A stretch of 64,000 nucleotides of DNA, taken from a virus. Taxonomy: Duplodnaviria; Caudoviricetes. Shown here piece by piece: positions 22,587 through 34,500 of this stretch (position 1 is the first letter of the stretch; every line of letters begins with the position of its first letter). The stretch spans positions 32,001 through 96,000 of IMG/VR virus record IMGVR_UViG_3300032327_000953; one strand, written 5' to 3'. The notes beneath the pieces are model-generated. The model saw nothing but the letters and a program-made list of their open reading frames with translations, ran no database searches and was not told the DNA's origin. The position numbers were made by a program, and so were the translations under genes.

Positions 22587-25500
22587 CTATTTAGACCTTC
22601 TAGGTGTTGATATGCCGCCTTCATTATCCTTAGACAATTGACCAAATGCTTTATCTATTTCATCTAAAATCATAGTTTGCATTCTTTCTTCCATAGTACT
22701 AAATACAGCAGCACCATTAAGATGTACATTAACGTCATGTTGTCCAGTTATGCTAATAACAGGGGGCACATTAAGTTTTAATAGACTTTCTGTAAATTGG
22801 TCAAATTTAGTAGCAAAGTCACCCAAAGCGGTTAATGCGGCCTCATCAAGCTTGATATTTCCAATATTGAGTTGTGATAGTGCTTCTCCAAAAGCTTGTA
22901 CGCTAGTATCAAACTGTTTAATAGCGGCCAAAGTAGCACTATCAAATCCCATGCTATATGAATTAGATACACCACTAGCTGCGCCAACCTCAGCTCCACG
23001 ACTAAAATATCTGGGAGCTATAACTCCACCACGACTAGCATATGATGCTGCTGGTGTTCCTCCTCCTTGAACGGCTGCTGCTATTGCTCCTTGACTAGCA
23101 TTACCACTATTAATAGCTTCTAAAATTGGTAAGTATTTACCAGTAGATTCTCTATTGATCACATATTCACCAGGAGTTAGCATAGCAGGAACAGTATCTG
23201 TGCCTTTTGGAGTCCAATTTACTGGGGCCTTTCCTCCTGCCGCCCTATAAATTAATCCACCCTTTGCTCTGGTTACTGGTTCTTGTTCTCCGGCAACCTT
23301 CTTTACTTCTGATTCACTTGCTGACTGAGGCATTCCTACTTCTTGAGTACCAGCATTAGCTACTGCTTGATCTACTACAGAACCTGATGTTCCTGCTGCT
23401 TGTGTTTCTGGTTTTGGTTGAGAAGCATCTCTTTCCATTGCTGTTATAGTATTATTGGTCCCATGTTTTCTATTTTTCATATAATAAAAACCATATTTGG
23501 TACCTTGAGCTGATGGCATTTGTGCTTCATCATAAATCCTTTCAATAGGATCAAAAGGCACTGTTGTATCACTAGCAGCTTCTCCACTAAGTCCACCAGA
23601 AAACATCTCCCAACCTTTTTTGGCTGTGGGATATAAAGCTTTCATTTCTTGCCAATATTCTTGACCTTCTTTAGTAAAGACTCTTGGTAATGCTCCTGGC
23701 GCAAAATTATCACTGTAAAATTTATTAATTAATCCAACTACACCCTCTGCTTTATCTCTTTCCTTATAATCTCCAGAATTTAATCCAGGTATATTAGCTG
23801 TAGCAGTTGCTAAAAGTTCTTTGACTTTTGTCATAAATTCATCAGGATTATACAGGGCTCCTGCTAATGACTCTGCGCTAATCTCTGGTACTGGCATTCC
23901 AGCTGCTTGTATGGTACTTTTAACACCGCCGATCAATGATGGTAAAACTGCCTCTGGAAATAAGGTTTCTCCTTCTAAACCAACTGGTCTCATTAATAAT
24001 TCATCTCGTGCAGTTAAGAAGGCTTTTAATGAGGTAAGTTGATCTGAATATTCGGACCATAATGTTGACCATTCTTCAGTTCCTGGATCTCCGCTTTTTG
24101 CCCATTTTGTAGCATATCTGTCGCCAAGTTGTAATAATGTTCCTCCAAGAACTTCTCTATAATCTGGTTCGTAGACCGTTTCAAGGTTCATGAATTGATC
24201 TCTAACAGCATCAATATCTGTTGGGAGAGCAATATCAACTAGTTGATTACCGCTAGGACCACCAATACCTTTCATGACTGATGTTGTTCCACTCTTATCA
24301 GTAGAGATAGCTTTTTCACCACCCATAAATTGTTTGTATGTAGCAGCTATAGCTGTCGCTTGGTCCTGATTTAATTTAGCATCACCATTACCGCTAATTA
24401 ATTGATTAAATCTTTGAGCTCCTCTTTGTTGAGCAGCAAAGCCTAGAATGAAGTCTGCAAAATCGTCTTGTTTAATTATCTCTGGGATATTCCAGAATTT
24501 TCTTTTAGCTTCTGTTTGTTTACCTCTAGCGGTTCCATCTTTTTTCTTTACTGTAGCCAATGCAACATTTTCTGTAGTAGTCCATTTATCTAGTTCACTA
24601 CCATACTTACTATAGAGTCTTTCGCTAGCTTTGCTAGATATGGCGGCAGCTCCTTCTTCTCCTGCTGATATCTGACCCAAAAATCTTCCGGCACTCATAT
24701 ACTTGCCAAAAGCAGTCTCAGTAGTCATATTTTGAACTTCTGCTAATTTTTCTTTACTTTGACCTTGTGCTTTTTGAGTTACTGATAATACCTTACTTTT
24801 AATCCATGAGATATAATCTATGGCATCTAATAAATCTGTTTGATTCTTAATTTCTTCCGGTGGACTCATTCCATCTTCTGATGCTGCTTTCATCCAATCT
24901 GAAGATGTTTTTAAACCACTGATCATTGGGATATCAACTTTTTTGACATTCTGCCATACAGTATTACCAAGAGAAGGAATATGTTCTGGTTTGATAAGAA
25001 TCTGAGATGCTTCTTGCTGCATCTTCTTTCTTTTTTCGTCTTTGCTCATGGATGTATCTTGAATAGCAGCTAACTGCATAGCTTCAGAAATTAATGGTAA
25101 TTTGCTAATAATCAAATCTCTAGCATCACTATATGGAATATTTTCTCCTAATTTATAGTCATCGCTATAAAATAATGTATTAGCAGTCTTTAATAATGAC
25201 GCAGCTCCAGACTGTTCTTGAGCATCAGTCTTAACTCCCTCTCTACGACTAGTTCTAGCAGATCTTATGTCACTAGATGCTTTGAATGCTTTTTCTGCAA
25301 CTATTGGATTATACATAGTGGCTAGCTTTATTCCAGCCAAAGAAAAATCTGGAATATCAAAATTACTTACTGCCCATTTTTGCACAGCAGTATCCAGTGA
25401 TTCTTCATTGCTAAAGTATGGTAGTTCGCTATCTGCACTCTGATTTAAAGTTTGGAATGGACTCACTGCTTGAGTACCACGATCTACAGTTCTACCTCTA

Positions 25501-28500
25501 ATAAATAGACCCTTTGTAGCAACATCAGCCCCATCTGTTAAAAATGATTTCTTAGCTTTTGGATCATATTCTGTATCTTCAGGATTTAATAGTGGTATAG
25601 ATTCAAATTTCTGAAAATCAAAAAATACAGGAAGTTTTCTCTTGGATGATGGTAAATCAATCATTTTATTATAAGAAGTTTGGGGAGATATATTTAATCC
25701 AATCTTCTCTTGCATGATTTGTTCTTGAGCTTTTTCCATTTGTGCTTCTGCAACTGCCCCAATTAATCCAGTATCTGTTGTCCATGGAAGAGGTTCAAAT
25801 TTAGTGCTATCCGTACCTTGGAAAACTTTGAATCCTGTACTATTACCACCATCCCATATTTTTCCCTCTGCGGCTGCTTTTTTATTGGTTTCGCTAGAAA
25901 TAATTGATGCCCATCTGCTTCTAACAGCTTTCGTATAAACTGTAAGCATATCATTGGTTTCGCCAGATGATTCTTTTGGTTTTGCATCACCAACTGGTTT
26001 ATCTGTTGTAGAATAACCCCATTTAAATAAATCTTTTTTGTCATCAGCTAATTCTGATTTATTGAAAGAATATTTGAATTTAGTACCTTCAGCTAATGCA
26101 GTTAATATTGCGTTTGTCTTACTTAGTTTTTGTGCTGCTGGGGGTTTAGTTGTCCAGAATTTAGGATCATAACCACCAGCTTTATCCGTTGTGGTCAATG
26201 GTTTAGTTTCTGATAAGTCGTCGTAATAATCTCTAAATATCTTTTGTAAAACTGAGAAATCTTCAATATTTCCTTGGCCTGCTAGTGCTGCAGTATTGGA
26301 GAAGTCCAGCCCCTTTGCTTTATAAAAAGAGTTAGCTGCTTCTGATTTTTCATCTGAACCTAGTGTTGGATATCCACCTGGAGTAAATTGTAGTAGATTA
26401 TCTACTGAACTTAATTTTGGAAAATCTTCAATATTAAGATCACCAGCTGATTTAACAGAGCTGGCAAACATAAACTTTTGCCCATTCTCTTTAGATTCTG
26501 GACCAAAGCCATATTGTGAATATGCTGTGCCTCCAATAGTTACTTTTGCTTTTGGTGCTGTCTTAACTTTTTCCCATTTTGCCGCTTTGTCTAGAGCATT
26601 CATCCATGGAGTAATAGCATTAAATTGATCTTTAGCTTCATCTAATGTTAATGTATCTGCTCCTGTATTTATTGTATTTCCTAAAATAGTCTCATTTATC
26701 AACTTTGAAGGATACTTGAAATCAGACATTACCATAGACTCTTTAAGTTTATCCATAACAGTATTTGCGGCATTAGGAACTGCTCCGGTAGCAATAGCAT
26801 TACCGACTCCTCCAATAGCACCAATAGTACCTCCACCAACTGTTCCGGCAGCTGCTCCGGCAACCGTATTCCCGAATTTTCTTGCAACAATTTGCTGTCC
26901 AGTAGCACCCCAACCAATTTTTGATAATATTGATTCTGGAATTAAATATTTGATTAAGTCTACTGTTGGTCCTCTAACTTTATCGCTAATCCAATCGAAT
27001 AGCCTTTTACCTCCAGGAAATCTTTCAAATATTCCTGGAATAAAAGAACCCAACTTAGCAACCACTGATTTGGGCATAAATCTAGTCATCCATTTCAATG
27101 CACCAGCAACACCCTTACCGATAAAGCCTGCTCCTGGAATAGGAAGTAAATTAGTAATAGCTCCTAAACCTTCTAGTGCTCCTCCAATAAAATCTCTATC
27201 AACAAATATTTTCTTGACTGCATCGATACCAGAAACAACAGCACCTAAACCAGGAACAAATTTCATAGCTTCCCATATGTATCCAGCAGCATTAGCAGCT
27301 ATACCATCTTGTGCAAAACCCATGCTTGTCATGGCCGAATGAGCACTAGAGGTTGATCCGGTAAAATTACTAGCAACAGCTCCTGCCAATGCATCAGAAT
27401 TTCCTGTAGCAGATGCTCCAAGAGCGGCACCTTTAATAGCTCCTTTACCAGCACTATCAAGAGCATTAGATGCTACATTACGAGATAAAGTAAAATCGGG
27501 CAATACTCCAAAAATAGGTTCGTTGATTTGACCAGTAATTTTATCTAATAATGGATTACCCATTGAACTATATAGTTTATCAGAAGTTCCATTAAATGTT
27601 GGTATGGAGTATGGTTTAATAAACTGTATAAATCCTTCATCTGATTTTAACTTTTCCAAATTTGCTTTAACATCATTCTCTTTACCTCCAGGACCAAAAG
27701 TAGCATAATCATTAAATTTAGTATATAGCGTATTCTTAGCTGGGTCAGCATCTGCAAATCTTCCTTGATCTGGAGGCTTTAGCATGTCTGATACCCATCC
27801 ACCCTCAGAATAATATTTAACACTACCACCCTTAGAATATCCATTATTTATAGCATGTAATAGGGGACCATTAGCTGAGGCGGCACTCTTGTTAACAACA
27901 AATTCACCGGGCGTTAACATTGCCGGAACAGTATCTGAGCCTTTAGGTTTGAAAATTGAACCTCCAACTGCTCTATATTCTACAACTCCTCCTGTTGCCA
28001 TTCCTGGAATATCTGGGGTTTCTCTGGCACCACTAGATACTGTTGTAACCTTAGTGACTCCAGACTGTAAGTGGTTATTAAGTTTATTGATTCCTGCTGC
28101 TGTATCTTTAGCATTAGCATTAGCATTAGCTTGTTGTACTCCACTTAAAGAATTAGAAAAAGCAGTTTGTGCTTGTGTTCCAATTTGTTGTGCTAAAGTA
28201 CCATCAAGCATTGCTAGATAGTGATTAGCTTGAACCTGTAAAGCATTTGCTTCTTTGTATTGTTGTATAGCTTCTGCCATCTGAGGATCTTGTTCTGGAT
28301 TTCTCAAACCTTCCAAAACTTGATTAAACATGGGGCTCATTTCAACCCCAGATTCGGTCATCATTGATTCTAGCATATTGGCTTTGAGCTGATTTTGATT
28401 GTCTCCAAGATATGGCGCAAGCATCTTGAATGCTTCCATTGTGTCTCCGCGATCTTGAGCGGCAGCTTGATCAGCAGCTTCTTGAGCATCCTGCATACTT

Positions 28501-31500
28501 CCACCATTCTTTAAAGATTCATTATATGCTTCTTGAACTCTTATAGAATCCCACATATTATTGGCTTGACCATTCATATTACGGTCAAGACGCTCAAAAG
28601 ATTGATTAAGTTTAGCTTGTTCTTTTGGAGTTGATGTTACAAATCTTTCTAGTATGCCCAAACCAGCTTCATTCTTAGCTTTGATCTCTGACATTTTTGC
28701 TAATGCAGCATCAGCCACTTCTGTGCTTTCAGCTAATGATTTTAGTGCAGCATAGTTTTCTCTTAATTGCATTGTTGTACCAGAAAGTTGGCCAGTAAAT
28801 GCCATTAGATCTTTGGCACCCTTTGGTCCTCTTTGTGCAGCAGCGTCAACCGAGGCTTGTTGATTTTGTCTGGTCATTTCTAAACGACCAATATTATTCA
28901 TTATTTGTCTTGGATCAGACGTTCCTGCCTGACTCATTACCCCAGCATTAGCTGCACTCTTTGATGATTCAAAGGATATATTCTTACCCAAATTTTTTGC
29001 TAGGGTCATCTCTCCTCTAGTTCTGATATCGTCTGCTCTTCTCATTTTTTCATTAGAACTGATCTGTAATGCTACAGCCTCATTCATAGACTGGGCATAA
29101 TTATTTACTGACTGTTGATAAAATTCTAATGCTTTTAATGCGGCTTCTTGGGCTTTTTTAGTTGATTGAACAGTTTTACTAAATGCTGAAGCTTCTCCAA
29201 AGACTTGCTGATAGTTGATTTTATCTTCACCGCTCTTTTGAGATTCAGAAAGAGATGACGATATATCCTTAGATAAAGCTTTCTTTAAACCTTCATCAAT
29301 ATTTAGATTGCTTAAATCTTTCTCTATATTTTGGCTTATCCTAGCTTCAATTTTACCGCTACTAGCGCCTGGATCTTCTTGTATAGTTCTATTAATAGTG
29401 GATAATATTGTATTCTCTAAGTCTGGACCAAACTGTAATAATCCCTTCATATCATTAGCTTGTGGGCCAAAAAATTGAGACCCAACATCGGCAGCCTTTG
29501 ATCTTTCATCAGCACTGTACATATTAGGATTTTGCAGTACATTGGATGCGTCGATTCTCGTTGTTCCTATTTTAGCATCTCCAGTCATGGATGCTTTTAA
29601 TAAATCTGTCTGGTCTGCTAGCTTACTCATAGAATATGTAACAACATTAATACTTTGTTCCATATTGCCCAACATGCGCTCCAAACCATAAAGCATTTTG
29701 GAGCTTTCATTATTTGCTTCTTCGCTATTTTTATTTCTAATATGCTTAACTTCTTGATCTCTAACATTATTAGCAGCTACTAGACTCATTAGTTCTTGTT
29801 TTCTAACATCTCTCGCTTGCTGAGATAATGATAGATCAGCATCTATTGATCTTAATTGCTGTTCAGTTTCAGCATTGGAACGAGCTAAAACTTCTGCTTG
29901 CTGTTTCCAGTCTGGTGAATTCATAATATCTGAAGAAGATTCTCCCTTTCTAAATCTTTCTGATATTACTCTTTGTTGTAGTTCTGCTGGTTTTTTAAAT
30001 TTCTCAGCAGTTTCGGCTGCTTTTTGTGGAATTAATTCTCTTGTATATTGTTCTTGGGTTCGTCCAGTAGCGTCGGTCAAAGATCCAATATATGCCATCA
30101 TACCTTTTTTATCTAATATATCAGCTCTTTGAGCTCTGCTTTCTTGTCCACCTGCACCAAGAGCTAATCCTTCTCCAATAATATTAGTCATTGCCCATTT
30201 AGGATTAGTGCTAGTAATATCAGATTGAGTTCTAGCTTCTTTTGCGGCATTCATTATTGCTGTGTTGGCTATCTGTAACTGTCCAGCATTATCTATTGTA
30301 TTTCTACTATATGTATCTAAAGCTTGTTCAGCATATTTTAGATTGTTGTCAAAAGCTTTAATTGAAGCATCTAATTTATTTTGTCGTAGAGCATCTGTCA
30401 TATCAATGAACAATGATGCCATTGCATTTCCGGCTGTAACAGCAATACCCACCGGTCCTGCTAATGCTGATAGCGCTCCAGATACACCACTAACAATTTG
30501 TGGTAAATTACCAGCTAGTTTACCAACCAAGCCACCACCTTTGCCAAGACCAGAAGCTATTCTATTTAAGAATCCGCTAGCTGCAGAACTAGAGAATCCA
30601 GAAGCAAAACCCTCTACTTTACGACCAGCATCAATCAAATAGCTAGAAAAATTATCTAAGTATTTTTTCGTATTATCAGATAAAGCAAAATCGCTAAAAG
30701 TTTGTATAGCCCCATTTGCCGCTACAAATAGTGCGGTAGTATTTCCAATAGATCCAGATAAGCTTTGTAATGCTTTTCCAGCTAAATTACCAGTACCAAC
30801 AAAGCTAGCCAACATACTACTACCAAAAGCAAATGATGCTGATAATTTAGTAAAATTAGTTGTCATTGTGCTAATAGCATCAGCATTATCTTTAGCCACT
30901 TTAGAATAATCTGTTGTATCTGGTGCTGGCGCTCCACCTCTGGCTAGTGATTCTGCTGCTGGTTTAATATTTCCGGGAGTCAAAGTAGCTCCACCACGAA
31001 CCTTAGCTATTCTAGCAGTAGCTTCTGTTATTGCTGCTGTTTCTTCAGCTGTTGCTCCTACTAGTCTTTGTTGAGCTATTGCTTGTGCTGCTGCTTGACT
31101 AGCTGCATCTGCCCTAGCTTTAGCTTCTGATGCTGTTGCTCCAGCCAATCTTTCTGCTTGATATGTTTGAATCTTAACTGCTTTTGCGGCAGCTTCCATT
31201 TCCATCATGTATCGTTGAATTGCTGCTTCTGCATCTCCAGATAATGGATTTCCTGTTGGTGGTCCCGGAGGTATTGGTGGACTTCCTGATCCTCCAGCAC
31301 CAGATGGGGTCGGACCTGTGGGCATACCAAAAGCATCAGGAGTATCAAATGGACTATATGTATAAGGAGCCTTTTGCATTGATCCTGGATATCCTAAACC
31401 GCCACCAGAAGGCTTTGGTGCTGCTGCTGATGATCCTGCTAGACCTCCCAAAAGATCTTCTCTTGTAAGACCATTAAGTACCTTCAAGAAAGAATCTAAT

Positions 31501-34500
31501 TGTGCAGTATCTTTAGAGAGACTCTCTGCCATTGCTTTTGCACCAATTTCCACAAGTTCAAACGATGGAATATTATTGGCAACGCCATTTCTCTTTCCTC
31601 CACCGGTAGCCTCATATCCAACCATTCGTTGAACCATTTGCAGCATAACCTTGGGATCTTGCATTGGATTTCCAAGATGATACTTATCCGAACTTTGATC
31701 AGGATTCTTGCTCATGAATAATTGCTTGCCAATATCCCAATTAGCCCAACTCTGACTTTGACCAGCAGCACTAATTTGACCAGAAGGAGTCTTTACTCCG
31801 GTCATAACAGAAGAGAACATGTCTCTAAGCTGTTTAACCAATGCGTCTACCTGAGCAGGATCTTGATGAGCTAACTCTGCAGCATATTCTCTGCCTCTAC
31901 CGCTAATGGGAGTATCTTTACCAGACACATCGCTATAGTTCATTCTTTTTTCATAGAAGTCAATATCTCTTAAACTAAGATCTGGTTCTACTGGAGCAGA
32001 TGGTGTTGATGCCGCTACATTTAAAGGAGTTGGTTGACGACCACCAACAGCACTTCTCATCATGGTCATCAGATCTAATGCTTCAAATGGGGCTTTTCCT
32101 TCAGCTTCTCTTTCGGCATTTTTTCGTTTACGACCGAATGTTGCTTCTCTGCCAGTTTTAGCATCTGACACAGTATCTCTCATATTCTCGATATCATTAG
32201 AAGAATATCCACGAGAAGAGGCTATTTCTGATTGTCTAACTCTAGCTCTATCTAACTCGATATCTCCAAGAGCTTTATTTCCAGCACTTGTCATTGCTCT
32301 CATAGAATTTACAACATCATCACCTAAAGTAGCAAAATTACTTCTTACAACTTTTTGTATCTCAATTAGAGATTTTCTCATAGTTTCCCAAGAACTTGTA
32401 TCAATAGTTGGTAAATCTATTTTATCTACAGCACTACTGACTTCATCGCTAAAAGTTGCCATTACAGCAGCCATACTAGATCTAAATATAGACATTTCTG
32501 CAGGAGTCACCGCTTCTCCACCCATCTCGAATCTTTGTATTCCAACAGCTCCACCTTTATTATATCGTCCATATTTATTCATGGTATTTAATTTACCATA
32601 ACCAATCTTCTTAGCTTGTGCTTGTGGAACTACTAATTCTCCTGGAGTTAATAATGCTGGAACTTCTCCTCCGGAAGCAAACCCTTGAGATCCTCCTAGT
32701 CCTAATTTTGCAACACTACTCTTTCGTATAACAAAATCACCAGCAGTTAATGAAGCAGGGACGGTGTCTCTGTTTCCTGTTCCGGGAACAATACCGCCAC
32801 TAGCAAATTTGGGGGTACGAGCAGCAAAATAAGATAATGCCATTGCTCTAGAGTCTGGTTTAGCATCGGGTCTTACAACATCCGGACCTTTAATTAAATT
32901 AGGGCTTTTACTATAACCAGTTTGTAATACCCATGCTGGATCATCAGCTGGTGGCCACGTTTCTTTTTTTCCATATAATTTTGGATCTAATAGAGCTTCA
33001 TTATGTGTCCAGTCTTTTGGTTCTAAGGGGGTTTTTTTAACATCTCCCCTATTTTTGAAATAATATTCCCATACTTTTTTAGCATCACCACTAACTACTG
33101 ATCTGTCAGAAGTTAACATTGCTCCTTTTTCGGTGACTGCTTCCATCAATATGTCATAAAGTCTTGGGCCATATCCTTTGGTGGCACTAGATAAGCCAAC
33201 ATAATATAGATTATCTCTTAATTTATAAGCACTAGCATATCCTTGTCTACTATTCTCTTGTCCACTCTTTAGATATCCAGCACTAATCATTCCAGAATCT
33301 TCAGTAATACTAATTTTACCGTATTGTTTTTCTTTTTTCTGTTCAGCTTCAGCAACTCCACCCACAGCAAATCTTCTAACTCTGCCACCCAAGGCTAATT
33401 TAACAGCCTCTGCTCCACCAGTTAGATAACTTCCAATCTCTTCTCTAACTTTCTCTAAACTACTACCATCAATTGTTCTTTTAACTTCTGTTGGAATACC
33501 AGGGTCAATACCAGGAAAGAATTGGGCTGCACTACCTAAACCGTCAGGATAGTCTATGGCTCTGTTCTGTTTAGCGTCTGGTCTTACTGGAGCGCCTAAA
33601 ATAGCCAAAGCTTTTTCTATTATGGCACCCTCAATATTACCCTGACCCATTTTCTCATCTAGTTCTGATGTTGTAGATTGTGGTTCAATATATTGAAATC
33701 CTTTTTTACCAGCTTTATGAGCAGCTCTGATGTTATCTAAGTTATCATCAATAAGTTTTTCTTGTTGTTGTAAATTAGCAGCTTTTAATGATGCAATATT
33801 GCTACTAGCTCCACCACTAACACCAGTAACATCATCTTCAGAATAAGGTAAACCTAAACGCTGTAGTGTTGAGGCAAGAAGATCAGCCGTACTTTGTGGT
33901 CTGGCTGTTAGTATTCTGGTTCTTTTAATGAACGATGGGTCTTGGTCTATTAAGGATTTTAATTTATCTGCTAGTCTTGTTGTTCTTGCTTTTCCAAGAG
34001 CTGCTTTTACTGCATCTCTATTTGAATATTGTGGGATATCAGGCTTGCCAGCAGCATCAAGAATGTCTGCTCCCTCAACTAATGTTTTGTCAAAATCAAA
34101 AGCTAAGTTTTCGCCACCACCAAAAATATTTTTATTCTGTACATTCTCTGCAAATTTTTGAGCAAGTGCTGATGACTCCTTCTGCATTTGTCTTGCTTCT
34201 TCCAAATATGTGCTGCCAAAACCTCTGGCGGTAGCATAAACATCAGTGCCTCCAATATTCCATTCAAATTCTTTTTCATAATCCATTGGTAATAAACCAG
34301 CAATACCAAAATGAAGAGCCTTAGCTTGATACTCTTCTAATCTTTTAGCTTCTGCAGCATCTCTTATACCTTTTGCATCTAAAGCTTTATTGATAAAGTC
34401 TGCTGCTTGTTCTAAGCCTTTACCAGCTTTAATATTTCCTGCCTGTAATAGCGAGCTTAATGTTCTATCTCCACTACCAATACCAAGTATTCTTTTAACT

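Noticed and set aside
22750-34309. Numerous 60-210 aa ORFs overlapping the TMP on either strand
   Set aside because: They are fully nested in a long coherent gene and lack an RBS or recognisable motifs, as expected for shadow ORFs.
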